64,000 bases of DNA from a virus. Its lineage: Duplodnaviria > Caudoviricetes. The position numbers and the translations under genes are program-made. The stretch covers positions 1-64,000 of IMG/VR virus record IMGVR_UViG_3300033066_002300; one strand, 5' to 3'. Numbering within the stretch: position 1 is the first letter of the stretch; every line of letters begins with the position of its first letter. This document shows positions 46,787 through 56,566 of this stretch, one piece after another. The notes under the pieces were generated by a model. The model had not been told where the DNA came from and searched no databases. It saw only the letters and a list, made by a program, of their open reading frames with translations.

Positions 46787-48361
46787 TTAATTCTTATTAA
46801 AATTAATCTTTTGAACTTTAGCTATTCTTTCTACCTCTATTTTTATCATACTATTTTTAATAGAATTTACAGTTAAAGATTCCATTGTTGAAAATGCTAC
46901 TCCATTTTTTTCATAACTAAAAATTTCACTTAACTTCTTCGGAACATTGGAACTATTAGTATTAGCTTCTATATCAGATGTTTGAATTTGACAAGGATGC
47001 TCATAGCCACAAGCATGAGTTATAGCTAATATATCCTTTCTAAGAGTCTTAACGAATTTAGCTACACGTTGACTTTTGTATTCAACATTATATAAGTGTT
47101 GATTTTTATTTGTTGCAATTAATGTAGGACATTTACCTGTATGACACTGCTGCGCTTGAATACAACCTTGAGAAAGTAAAATTTCTCTTGCCATATTAAT
47201 CATATCAGCACCTAAGGCAAATGCTTTTATTGCTTCAGCAGGTAAACCTAATTTTCCTGATGCGATAAAAGTAATTCTATCAGTTAAATTAGCAATTTGG
47301 AATATTTTATACACATTTGAAAAAGCTACTTCAAAAGGTAAGCTTACATGGTCTGCAAATGCTGCAGGTGCTGCGCCTGTTCCACCTTCACCCCCATCAA
47401 TTGTTATAAAATCAGGACCATAACTATATTCTCTCATATAGAAAGCTAAATCAGCCCAAAACTTACTTTCTCCAACTGCTGACTTTATTCCTACAGGTAA
47501 TCCTGTTTTTTCTGCTATTTCTTCAATAAAATTAATTAATGATTTTATATCAGAAAAAGCTGTATGATAACCTGGAGATATAGATGCTTCTCCTGCTTTA
47601 ATTTTACGTATAGCAGCAATTTCAGGAGTTACTTTCTCAGCAGGTAAAATACCTCCCTTTCCAGGTTTAGCGCCTTGAGAAAGCTTAATTTCAATCATTT
47701 TAATTTTAGGATTTAATTGTGTTAATTTAATTAACTCATCCATTGAAAATTTTCCTTTTTCATCTCTACAACCATAATAAGCTGTACCTATTTGAAAAAC
47801 TACATCAGCACCTTTTTGATGATAAGGAGACATTCCTCCTTCTCCTGTGTTATGATAACACCCCGCAATTGCTGCACCCCTATTGTTAGATTCAGTTGCT
47901 CCAGAACCAAGAGCCCCATAACTCATCGCTGAAATATTTATCACAGATGTTGGATGATATGGTTTTAATCTTTTATTATATGCTCCAATTATTTTGGCAC
48001 AAGGTAAAAAATCAGGATATAACTCATTTATATGATTCTCTGTTTTGAATGGAAATGCAGCATGTTTAATAAAAAAATGACCATCTTTTTTAAAATCTGC
48101 ATCAGAACCAAAACCTTGCATATTATTTTCATCTTTAGATGAGGCATAAATATATGCTCTTTGAACTCTATTAAAAGGAGCTTCTTCTCTATTATTTGCA
48201 ACCCAATATTGTCTTAATTCAGGTCCTATTTTTTCAAATAGAAATCTGATATGACCAATCACTGGAAAATTTGTAAGTATAACATGTTTTTTTTGGATAA
48301 ATCGGTCATGTATAAATAATCCGACCAATAAAACTGAAAGAATAATTAATGTTGTCATCAT
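46787..48361 (-). CDS. FMN-binding glutamate synthase family protein
   Basis: SAMSYGAL, NTGEGG, EIKLSQGAKPGKGG, DGGEGGTGAAP, CIQAQQCHTGKCP. Confidence 0.93.
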   Translation of the reverse strand: MMTTLIILSVLLVGLFIHDRFIQKKHVILTNFPVIGHIRFLFEKIGPELRQYWVANNREEAPFNRVQRAYIYASSKDENNMQGFGSDADFKKDGHFFIKHAAFPFKTENHINELYPDFLPCAKIIGAYNKRLKPYHPTSVINISAMSYGALGSGATESNNRGAAIAGCYHNTGEGGMSPYHQKGADVVFQIGTAYYGCRDEKGKFSMDELIKLTQLNPKIKMIEIKLSQGAKPGKGGILPAEKVTPEIAAIRKIKAGEASISPGYHTAFSDIKSLINFIEEIAEKTGLPVGIKSAVGESKFWADLAFYMREYSYGPDFITIDGGEGGTGAAPAAFADHVSLPFEVAFSNVYKIFQIANLTDRITFIASGKLGLPAEAIKAFALGADMINMAREILLSQGCIQAQQCHTGKCPTLIATNKNQHLYNVEYKSQRVAKFVKTLRKDILAITHACGYEHPCQIQTSDIEANTNSSNVPKKLSEIFSYEKNGVAFSTMESLTVNSIKNSMIKIEVERIAKVQKINFNKN

Positions 48362-48367
48362 ATTATC

Positions 48368-48396
48368 TTATACGTTTTTTAATTAAAAAAGTTGCA
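48368..48396 (-). promoter_or_regulatory. ECF-sigma-like promoter TGCAAC-N16-CGTATAA
   Basis: exact spacing; 6 nt before ATG. Confidence 0.72.
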
Positions 48397-48398
48397 GA

Positions 48399-49922
48399 TT
48401 ATTCTGCAACTTTTTTAACTTTTTCAAGCAAATTACTTATTCTTAACAAAGATTCTTTCTTTCCTAATATCTCCATTGTTTCAGGCAAATGAGGGCCAGG
48501 CATTCCTCCAGTAAGAGCCATTCTTAAGTCTGGAAGTACTTTGCCAATTTTAATACCAAGAACATTACAAAACTCTTCTAAATCTTTCTTAATTTGTATA
48601 GCATTAAATTCACGTGATTCATTACTATATAAATCAATAAATGCTCCAATTACATCATTAAATTCAGTAGAGTTTTTTAAAACCACATCTTCTTTTAATA
48701 TAACTGATTCAAAGAAATAAGATACTGATGCATATAAATCTTTAGCAAACACACATCTTTCTTTGGCAATATCAACTATATCTTTCCACATATCAGCGTT
48801 ATAATTATCATAACGAGTTAAGTGTGGCCAAATATATTTATTCCAAAGTAATGCTCGTTCTCTATTTCTCATATAATGAGCATTAAAACTATTTAATTTA
48901 ACAATATCAAAAATTGCCCCTGAATTATTTACTCTTTCAAGACTAAAAGCTGAAATTAATTCATTCATAGTCATAAATTCTCTGTTATCTCCAGGATTCC
49001 AACCAAGAAGTGCTAAATAATTAATAAAAGCATCTGGTTCATATCCAAGGTCTTTAAATCCAAGAACATCTACAGTTTCACCTTTGTCATCTACATAATT
49101 ACACGCAAGAGGGAATACAGTGAACCCATATTCTTTCATTTTACGCTTACTCAATTTCTTCTTATCAGGCCCAAGAACTAATGGCATATGACAAAACTCT
49201 GGCTTTTCCCATCCAAATGCATCATATAACATAATATGTAAAGGAGTTGAAGATACCCACTCATCACCTCTAATAACATGAGTAATTTCCATTAAATGGT
49301 CATCTACAACATTCGCCAAATGATATGCAGCCATTCCATCCGACTTAAATAAAACCTTATCGTCAAGATTGTTTGAATCAAATGAAATTGCTCCCTTTAC
49401 ATAATCTGTGAAATTTACTGTTGTATTTCTTGGCACATTGAACCTAATTACATGAGGATGACCTGCATCTAGTAAAGACTTTACATCTTCCGCAGACATA
49501 GTAAATGAATTCTTCATACTCATTCTACTAAAACTATTGTAACCAGTCTTAGCTCCAGATGCCTTAGCAATTGAATTCATTCTTTCAAGTTCTTCAGAAG
49601 TATCAAAAGCATAATAAGCATGTCCTTTTGAAATAAGCAATTCTGCATAACTACGATATTCTCTTTCACTTTGTCTAAATTCAGCAGTTCCATCTGGTTT
49701 AATACCAATATCAGGTCTCATACCAAGCCAAGTAAGTGCATCAATTACATATTGTTCAGCACCTTCTACAAATCTTGTTTTATCCGTATCCTCAATACGA
49801 ATAACAAATTCTCCACCATGTTTTTTGGCGAATAGATAATTAAACAAAGCTGTTCTTAAATTACCAGCTGTTGCAAAGCCAGTTGGGCTTGGAGCAATAC
49901 GTGTTCTTACTTTTTTATTCAT
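48399..49922 (-). CDS. gltX: glutamate--tRNA ligase
   Basis: RTRIAPSPTG (HIGH degenerate TAGN), RIEDTD, VVDDHLM.ITHVIRG, KLSKR. Confidence 0.95.
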   Translation of the reverse strand: MNKKVRTRIAPSPTGFATAGNLRTALFNYLFAKKHGGEFVIRIEDTDKTRFVEGAEQYVIDALTWLGMRPDIGIKPDGTAEFRQSEREYRSYAELLISKGHAYYAFDTSEELERMNSIAKASGAKTGYNSFSRMSMKNSFTMSAEDVKSLLDAGHPHVIRFNVPRNTTVNFTDYVKGAISFDSNNLDDKVLFKSDGMAAYHLANVVDDHLMEITHVIRGDEWVSSTPLHIMLYDAFGWEKPEFCHMPLVLGPDKKKLSKRKMKEYGFTVFPLACNYVDDKGETVDVLGFKDLGYEPDAFINYLALLGWNPGDNREFMTMNELISAFSLERVNNSGAIFDIVKLNSFNAHYMRNRERALLWNKYIWPHLTRYDNYNADMWKDIVDIAKERCVFAKDLYASVSYFFESVILKEDVVLKNSTEFNDVIGAFIDLYSNESREFNAIQIKKDLEEFCNVLGIKIGKVLPDLRMALTGGMPGPHLPETMEILGKKESLLRISNLLEKVKKVAE

Positions 49923-49931
49923 AATAATGAA

Positions 49932-49960
49932 TTATACGAAAATGTAAGAATAAAGTTTCT
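49932..49960 (-). promoter_or_regulatory. ECF-sigma-like promoter AGAAAC-N16-CGTATAA
   Basis: exact spacing; upstream of gltX. Confidence 0.72.
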
Positions 49961-49969
49961 CTATTACAT

Positions 49970-50158
49970 TCATTTTTTATTTTTTACAACAATTTTTAAT
50001 GTAATCCACGTTATTAAAGGAAATATTACTAAAGACAAAAAATATCCAAAAAAACTATTGTCACAAATTAAATTTAAAAATGTAAAACTAAACATTACTA
50101 TTAAAATTAAATAAAGTTTAGCTTTATTTAATTCTGACATTCTTACTTTCTTGTTCAT
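49970..50158 (-). CDS. small membrane protein
   Basis: two TM stretches. Confidence 0.5.
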   Translation of the reverse strand: MNKKVRMSELNKAKLYLILIVMFSFTFLNLICDNSFFGYFLSLVIFPLITWITLKIVVKNKK

Positions 50159-50170
50159 AATTCTTTATAA

Positions 50171-50434
50171 TTATTTTATTGTATCTCCTATATTATAAAT
50201 TTCCCCAAGAGAATCTGACATTACAGAACTATTAGGAAAATCATGTAAATTTCCAAGAGCATCTCTAAGAGTTGTGCTCCACCAAAATGTCATTTTTCTT
50301 TTGTAATACATAGTAGTTGGTTTTTGCATAGCAGCAAATTCCAACCTTGTTTTTTTTGTTTGATAATCTTGATGCCAAAAAAATACAACATGTGCAAACA
50401 ATAAAAAAATTAATATAAAACCTAATTTTCTCAT
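50171..50434 (-). CDS. hypothetical protein with N-terminal anchor
   Basis: ORF in operon. Confidence 0.55.
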   Translation of the reverse strand: MRKLGFILIFLLFAHVVFFWHQDYQTKKTRLEFAAMQKPTTMYYKRKMTFWWSTTLRDALGNLHDFPNSSVMSDSLGEIYNIGDTIK

Positions 50435-50671
50435 TTAATTATAAATTTTAAAATCAAACGTAACACCTAAGAGCATTCGCTCTCCAACTTTTTTATTTAT
50501 TCTTTTTTTAAGCCACCAACCTAAAGTCTTATGATACCATACTGGTACTTTTACATTAAAAGAAAAACCTCCAGCATGAACTTCTGAAATATAGACATGC
50601 TCTATGAAGACAGATAAATTCTCCACAAATTCTATAATTTTTTTTGCTGTATCTAATTTATTATCTGGCAT
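50435..50671 (-). CDS. hypothetical protein
   Basis: ORF in operon. Confidence 0.55.
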   Translation of the reverse strand: MPDNKLDTAKKIIEFVENLSVFIEHVYISEVHAGGFSFNVKVPVWYHKTLGWWLKKRINKKVGERMLLGVTFDFKIYN

Positions 50672-51221
50672 TATTTTTTTCTTTTAATGCTTCAACATAA
50701 TCTTTTGACTCCTTTAAACCCATTCCTGTTGCATCTTTATACGTTTTTACAGCCATTAACAAATGCCCTTCATTGATATGTTTCATCAACTCTTTATCAA
50801 GTTCTTTATTACTTTTAAAAGCTCCCTTAGAAGTCTCAGCAATAGAAAGAGGATTTTTTGCTGCTAATCCATCTACATAGTCTTTGGATTCTTTTAAACT
50901 AAGTCCAGTTTCATCTTTATAAAACTTAACAGCTTGTAACAATTGTTTATCAGCAACTAACTCTAATATTCTTTTATCAATTTCTTTAGAGTTCTTAGTT
51001 TTATTCTTCGAATTTGTAGTTATTTGAGTAGCACTAACATTAATCTTTATCTTAGAAAACTCTTTTTCAAATAAGATAGTTTTTTCTTTGTTTAATATAT
51101 GATTGGTTTTAGTTTTTTTCCATTGTGGATTAGAACCACCAAGTCTATAATAACTAATTCCTCTTACATTAACAGTTACTTTATTTCTGTTATTTACAGC
51201 TTCATTTTTTAATACTATCAT
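50661..51221 (-). CDS. protein with two ribosomal L7/L12 C-terminal-like repeats
   Basis: AVK.YKD.TG[LM][SG]LKESKDYV[DE] twice. Confidence 0.75.
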   Translation of the reverse strand: MIVLKNEAVNNRNKVTVNVRGISYYRLGGSNPQWKKTKTNHILNKEKTILFEKEFSKIKINVSATQITTNSKNKTKNSKEIDKRILELVADKQLLQAVKFYKDETGLSLKESKDYVDGLAAKNPLSIAETSKGAFKSNKELDKELMKHINEGHLLMAVKTYKDATGMGLKESKDYVEALKEKNNAR

Positions 51222-51552
51222 ACTCTTTTAATTTATTTTCAATTATTTCAAAAACTTCTTTTGGTTCCAACTTGCTGCCAAATTCTCTTGAAGACCCTCC
51301 GATAATATCGGAACCACCCCAGCCATTTTGCATAGTTAATCCTTCTTTAGAATTCAAAGATACAAAAAAATCTTTAATTGGGAAAGGAATATATCTACTT
51401 TTTTTTCCGAGTGAATAAACATAATTCCCATCAGGTCTCTTAGCAACAACAGATAAGAAAGCATCCATTGTGCCTGTTGAAAATAAAGCATATCTTGCAG
51501 AACTTCCTCCAATTTCATTTACAACTTTAAAGGTTGGCATTAATTCTGATGT
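51202..51552 (-). pseudogene. C-terminal part of the DHH-like phosphoesterase split by the cassette
   Basis: TSELMPTFK...GWGGSDIIGGS continues in frame from RHEILF once 51553-51963 is removed. Confidence 0.75.
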
Positions 51553-51963
51553 TAGCAGCAAGTTTTTAAACTTTTTCTACCACCGCACAATTTTCAATAA
51601 TAACATCCCTTAAATGCTTTGCCCCTTCAATTCTATTTTTATGAGATTGAATTTCTTTATCAAAAAACATATTGTCAATATCTTCATTGTTTGGCATTTG
51701 TGATTTTAAATATTCATCCATCGCTTCAAAAACATTTTTGCGATATTTTCCAATTACATAATAAAAATCACCTAATTTATCTTCTAATATTTTTTCTTTT
51801 AAAGTCATATTAGGTTGTTTATTACTCTCTGTAATCATTGTTCTTGTTATTTCCATTTTTTATATTTTTAGTTATTAATTCCTACGCTCAAAAAGTTTAA
51901 AAACCAGACTGCTAACAGCACCTAAATCGCAACTCCGCTACGCAGCGTTTAGTTGCAAACCGT
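51551..51963. mobile_element. 411-bp integron-like gene cassette inserted at a GT dinucleotide
   Basis: left end GTTAGCAG; right end CTGCTAAC-hairpin-cGT; circularisation rebuilds an attC-like palindrome. Confidence 0.8.
51566..51856 (-). CDS. cassette-borne hypothetical protein
   Basis: 96 aa; AMDEY and GAKHLRD phage-type motifs. Confidence 0.65.
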   Translation of the reverse strand: MEITRTMITESNKQPNMTLKEKILEDKLGDFYYVIGKYRKNVFEAMDEYLKSQMPNNEDIDNMFFDKEIQSHKNRIEGAKHLRDVIIENCAVVEKV

Positions 51964-52578
51964 AAAAAGAATTTCATGTCTTGTATCTAAAGCTATTTCA
52001 CCTCCCAATCCCATTATGTATTGATTTATTCTAGCACATACACTTTCAATGCAAGCTAACATAGCTTGAGCATCTGCATTTGATAACACACCAGTTTTTC
52101 TCATATTTGTATACGGTTCAAATATCCAATTATGCTGCGCTAATAATTTTTCGTCAAGGCTCATGGGAAATGCTCCACCTGTAATATCTAATCTTGAATC
52201 AAGTGCTAATAGCCTGTTAAATGAAGGATTACTATTAACTCCTTCAAACATATGATAATTATCTAAAATAAAAACCGCAAGACAAGTGTCTTGGTCACAA
52301 TCATTTATATATACATTTGCAAAAGGTTTATCATCTTTTCTAAATGATTTATATAACCCTCCTTTAATTGCCATATATACTTGGTCTGCTGTAGACATTG
52401 TGGCCTCACGCACAACCTCATGATGATGGTCGAAATTTATGTGTTTAGTAGCTTCAGAAAAATTGGGAGCTCCTACTACATAACCGTCTAAGGCGATTGA
52501 AAGTTCTGGACTATTTTCCAAAAATTCTTGCCAAGAAAGACTTTTTCTGGGTTCTGCTATTAAGTTTATTGTTTTCAT
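51949..52578 (-). pseudogene. N-terminal part of DHH-like phosphoesterase (interrupted)
   Basis: IALDG, NFDHH, NDCDQD; last residues VCN* come from the cassette. Confidence 0.7.
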
Positions 52579-52912
52579 CTTCTAGTTTTTCTAAATCATT
52601 CAACATAATTTGTCTGTTTTCTTCCACTTCTTTTTTCAACAATCTTAAATAATCAGCATATTGTTTTTCGCTAACAACAACTCCATTCATACCATATCTG
52701 TTTTTAAGTAATTTTGTAGAACCATCTTTATCTATAAAAATTACAAAAGGAGACTCAGCAATAGGCTTCATAGATGTTGTTAATGATGTAATATCAATAT
52801 CTTTAAATTCCTTTTTGTACTGAGACCTCGGCACCTCATTTCTATGAATTACTAAACAAGATTGAATATTTCTCTCGTATTTTTTTTTAATTTCAGCTTC
52901 GAATTGATTCAT
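52511..52912 (-). CDS. hypothetical protein
   Basis: LLKNRYG; KKSFLARIFGK tail. Confidence 0.55.
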   Translation of the reverse strand: MNQFEAEIKKKYERNIQSCLVIHRNEVPRSQYKKEFKDIDITSLTTSMKPIAESPFVIFIDKDGSTKLLKNRYGMNGVVVSEKQYADYLRLLKKEVEENRQIMLNDLEKLEDENNKLNSRTQKKSFLARIFGK

Positions 52913-53220
52913 TTTTTACTTTTTAAAACTTTAATTTCTATTTTATCAAAATCTATTTTGCTATTTCTAATTTTTACAATCCACTTTTGTAAATCTAAAT
53001 TATTAATTTTAATTGTTGTTTTATGCTTTTTGTTAAATAAATGACAGATAGTATGAAAATCTTCTGCCATTTTTTTCTTATTAAAATCAGCATCATCTAA
53101 TTGAGAAGGAGCTTGATTTAGTGAAAGAAGAAAATAAAAAAAACACACAGGCTCCCCAGTATCTTTCGACAATGAAAGACTTTCATAAATATTAAGCACA
53201 TCTTCAAGACAAATATACAT
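52909..53220 (-). CDS. hypothetical protein
   Basis: ORF in operon. Confidence 0.5.
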   Translation of the reverse strand: MYICLEDVLNIYESLSLSKDTGEPVCFFYFLLSLNQAPSQLDDADFNKKKMAEDFHTICHLFNKKHKTTIKINNLDLQKWIVKIRNSKIDFDKIEIKVLKSKK

Positions 53221-53230
53221 ATATCAATTT

Positions 53231-53641
53231 TTACAATGTACTTAAATGTCCAGTGATTTTATCAATATCTTCAGAGTAATTAGGCCCAATACTTATACAA
53301 GTCTTTGTAGGACCATCAAATTCAGTTCTGCCAGCATCTGTAATCATTTCTGCTGTTAACCCCTGTTTCTTTGCTTCTTGAAAAAGTTCTATCAATTCTT
53401 TTTCACTATTAACCTTGAGAGCAATTTTAGTTCTTCCTGTATCAAGCCAATTCATTTGCTCATCAGTTAATTCAAAACAAATCTTTTTACCTTGTCTTTG
53501 TCTTGTCACAAAAGATTCTGCACTATGGGCTCCTTGAGCAACATATTTTCCAGTTCTAATTTTTTCTCCCTTCTTGTTTTTTAAATCTACTCTAAGAACA
53601 ATAACCATCTTGGTTTCCTTATTATTTTCCTTTTTGCCCAT
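53231..53641 (-). CDS. pth2: peptidyl-tRNA hydrolase, Pth2 type
   Basis: KMVIV.R.DL, GK.VAQGAH, KIALKV, DAGRTEF, T.TC..IGP. Confidence 0.92.
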   Translation of the reverse strand: MGKKENNKETKMVIVLRVDLKNKKGEKIRTGKYVAQGAHSAESFVTRQRQGKKICFELTDEQMNWLDTGRTKIALKVNSEKELIELFQEAKKQGLTAEMITDAGRTEFDGPTKTCISIGPNYSEDIDKITGHLSTL

Positions 53642-54035
53642 TTTTTTTCTTTATCTGAGATTTAACAACTGGAGTAATTTTATTTTTTTCTAAAACATTT
53701 TTAGCTTCAGGCCCACGCTTCTTATCTTTAATTTTGGTTTCCCAACTTTTATTCTTTCTTACTATAGCCTCTAATAATTCATTAGCATTAATACCAAATC
53801 CATCAACAATAGAAATAACATTTTGAATAGTATCTGCAGCCTCATCTCTTATTTCATTTCTAATTGATTCTAATGTATCTCCAGCTTTCAGAACTTTTCG
53901 ACCATTTGTTTTATTTACTTCTTTAGCAAGTTCACCAACTTCTTCAGTTAATTTACCTAAACGTTCTGCAGCAGAAGCAGGGTCAATTTTATTTAACCTC
54001 TTGATGTTTGAAAATATTTTATTGAATTTTTCCAT
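53622..54035 (-). CDS. MazG-like NTP pyrophosphatase
   Basis: KLTEEVGELA...DEAADTI. Confidence 0.8.
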   Translation of the reverse strand: MEKFNKIFSNIKRLNKIDPASAAERLGKLTEEVGELAKEVNKTNGRKVLKAGDTLESIRNEIRDEAADTIQNVISIVDGFGINANELLEAIVRKNKSWETKIKDKKRGPEAKNVLEKNKITPVVKSQIKKKNGQKGK

Positions 54036-54043
54036 AATGTTTA

Positions 54044-54073
54044 CAAAGATATAATTTTTTAATTAATTACAAA
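54044..54073 (-). promoter_or_regulatory. Bacteroidota housekeeping-type promoter TTTG-N18-TATCTTTG
   Basis: matches -33/-7 consensus. Confidence 0.55.
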
Positions 54074-54080
54074 ATTTTTT

Positions 54081-55205
54081 TTATACATCCTTAACTACAA
54101 CCAATTGATGACACTCGGTCAAATCTGGCAATTCCATTTTTCTTGAATATCTTTCAATAATTGTTTTTTTAACTTGTTCTTTTTCGTCTCTCTTAGAATT
54201 TCTATTAATAGCTTCTTCCACAGAACAATCTACATAGACAATTTTAATTTTAGCATCATATATACGAGCAATATCAATAATAGTAGCTCTTTGCTGAGCA
54301 GTCATATTAGTTGCATTCCAAAGAACATCTTGTTTTTTTCTCATATGCTCCCTTAAAATTTCTTTAGCTCTTTGAGCTACAGTTCCTTGCCCATCTTTAT
54401 CATCCCATTTAATTTTAAGTTCTTTTCTAATTTTATCTAATTCAATTACAGAACCAGTCCAATTTTTTTTTATCCAAGTATTTTTACCACTACCAGGAAG
54501 ACCACACATAACTACAAACCAACCTCCTTGAGGCTCGAAAATTTCTTTGCCAGGATAACCCCCATTTTTAAAGTAATGTAATCTAGCCCAATCGCTTGTA
54601 AACTCATAAGGTTTATTTAAACAACCAAGTTCTTCAGCACGTTCTTTGAATAATTCTATTTTAAACAAACATTCCTCAAGGTCATTACAAATTCTTCCAC
54701 GGAAGTCGCATTCTGCAAATGCAATCAACTCAGATAAATTACAATGCAAAGAAGTTTTTATAATAGACATTTCAGGGTCTTCCTTATCTTCATTCCAGAT
54801 TGGTAAACCATGATAACGAATAAGTTTTGCTATTTGTTCTCTTTGCTCATATGAAAAACTCTTCCACATAAGGTCTCTAAACATTGGCTCACCATATTTT
54901 GCATGTTTAGGAGATATCCAGTCTTTAGATTCTTCATCAAACTCAGTAGTAATAGGTTTAGCAATATCATGAAAAATACCAGTATAAATAAGACGCTCTT
55001 GAGCATCCGAAGAAAAATTTTCTTTTATCTTTTCGACTTCAGAAACAACCATATTAGTATGTATATAAACAGAGCCCTCCTTGTGATGAATTTCACTTTG
55101 AGGGGTCTCTTTCATATGCTCGAAGATGTCCAATACCTCTTGATTAAAATTATGATATGTTTCTATTTTTTTCAATTTACCAATCAGTTTTTTTGGCCAT
55201 TTCAC
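54081..55205 (-). CDS. HD phosphohydrolase + P-loop polynucleotide kinase (RNA-repair type)
   Basis: PQ...HH.EG.V..HT, FHDIAKP, D..GR; MCGLPGSGKNT, WNATN. Confidence 0.85.
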   Translation of the reverse strand: MKWPKKLIGKLKKIETYHNFNQEVLDIFEHMKETPQSEIHHKEGSVYIHTNMVVSEVEKIKENFSSDAQERLIYTGIFHDIAKPITTEFDEESKDWISPKHAKYGEPMFRDLMWKSFSYEQREQIAKLIRYHGLPIWNEDKEDPEMSIIKTSLHCNLSELIAFAECDFRGRICNDLEECLFKIELFKERAEELGCLNKPYEFTSDWARLHYFKNGGYPGKEIFEPQGGWFVVMCGLPGSGKNTWIKKNWTGSVIELDKIRKELKIKWDDKDGQGTVAQRAKEILREHMRKKQDVLWNATNMTAQQRATIIDIARIYDAKIKIVYVDCSVEEAINRNSKRDEKEQVKKTIIERYSRKMELPDLTECHQLVVVKDV

Positions 55206-55830
55206 GTTTCAAACTTGCTATTATTTTATCAATAATTACTTTGTTTTTAACTTCATATGGATTAGACATATCATTATAATCTTTAATCAGATTAGCCACC
55301 TCTGTATCAACTGAATTTTTCCAATTTTCGTATGCCTTATTAGTCATTGCTGGCTTTCCAACTCCTCCATATACCATATTAAAACTCGCACTACCCATAG
55401 TACCAGTATTACTAAAATATGTTATTTCATTAAGCGGTATTTGTACTTGACCATCTATCCAATAAACTTTTGCCAATGTTTCACCATTCTTATACCATGA
55501 ACCATATTCTTTTGTTTTTAAAATAATTGTTATATTTTTTTTTACAGGAGTTGTTTCAATTTCATACTTATATTTACCATCTTTACATGATATAGTAATC
55601 GTTATTTCTCGTTTATCAACTATACCCTTGCCAATTACCTTGCCTGTTTCAGCGTCTTTCATTTGAATTACATCATTAGCTGATTTAAACTCAGTAGCGA
55701 AGAAGCTAAGAGCGTTACTATATAAATTAACTTTATTTATTGTAGAATCTACTTTTACAACTTCTGATACTACCTGACTAAATGATGATACTTTTATAAG
55801 TATCAATAAAATTAAAACTATTTTTTTCAT
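55177..55830 (-). CDS. DUF4468-like secreted protein
   Basis: signal peptide; FKSANDVIQ.KD...G..I.KG, KDGKYKY. Confidence 0.65.
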   Translation of the reverse strand: MKKIVLILLILIKVSSFSQVVSEVVKVDSTINKVNLYSNALSFFATEFKSANDVIQMKDAETGKVIGKGIVDKREITITISCKDGKYKYEIETTPVKKNITIILKTKEYGSWYKNGETLAKVYWIDGQVQIPLNEITYFSNTGTMGSASFNMVYGGVGKPAMTNKAYENWKNSVDTEVANLIKDYNDMSNPYEVKNKVIIDKIIASLKREMAKKTDW

Positions 55831-55846
55831 ATTATATTTTATTTAT

Positions 55847-55875
55847 TTAAACGCAAATATAATAAAAAAGTTTCA
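55847..55875 (-). promoter_or_regulatory. ECF-like promoter variant TGAAAC-N16-CGTTTAA overlapping TATATTTG
   Basis: exact spacing. Confidence 0.55.
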
Positions 55876-55915
55876 TTTTAAATCGTCTTCTCAATAATTT
55901 GTACTATTTATTTAT

Positions 55916-56566
55916 ATGGAGAATAAATTATACGGAATAATATATTTGTTAAAAAACAAATTAAATGGTAAATGCTATGTTGGACAAACAATCAAAACAT
56001 TAGAAGAAAGAATTTATAGACATAAATATAAATCTGATAATAAAAAAATGCCAATCTCTTCTGCTATTAAAAAATATAAATTTGAAAATTTTGAAAGTAC
56101 TGTGTTAAAAGAGTGTTTTTCTCAAGAAGAATTAGATACATCTGAAATATATTTTGTAAACTCACTAAACACTTGGGCTCCTAATGGTTATAATTTAAGA
56201 GCTGGCAAAGGAAGAGGCGCTTTATCAGAAGAAACTAAACGAAAAATTGGACTTGGAAACAAAGGCAAAAAAGCTTCAGATGAGACTAAAAAAAAGTTAT
56301 CTGAAGCTCATAAAGGATTTAAAGTTTCAGAAATAACTAAAAAAAAATTAAGCATTATAAACAAAGGGAAAAAACCTCATATAAATACTAATATTGGAGC
56401 ATCCTTAAAGAATTCGAAACATTACATCTTAATAAATCCGCAAGGTGAATTAATAAATGTTTTTAATATGAAAAAATTTTGTAAAGAAAATAATTTACAA
56501 AATTCAAACATGAGCAGTCTTGTTAGAGGAAAAATTAAATCATATAAAGGCTATCGAATGCCCTAA
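55916..56566 (+). CDS. GIY-YIG homing endonuclease with NUMOD3 repeats
   Basis: GIIY...NGKCYVGQT...R..H; GYNL; SEETKRKI repeats. Confidence 0.9.
   Translation: MENKLYGIIYLLKNKLNGKCYVGQTIKTLEERIYRHKYKSDNKKMPISSAIKKYKFENFESTVLKECFSQEELDTSEIYFVNSLNTWAPNGYNLRAGKGRGALSEETKRKIGLGNKGKKASDETKKKLSEAHKGFKVSEITKKKLSIINKGKKPHINTNIGASLKNSKHYILINPQGELINVFNMKKFCKENNLQNSNMSSLVRGKIKSYKGYRMP

Noticed and set aside
49922-50158. Identical start MNKKVR in gltX and the upstream small ORF
   Set aside because: Only six residues in AT-rich codons and no nuclease between them; may be chance, so not counted as a third gene-start duplication.
55873-55900. Possible displaced NADAR C-terminus beside the GIY-YIG gene
   Set aside because: Too short and no convincing similarity to the present C-terminus.
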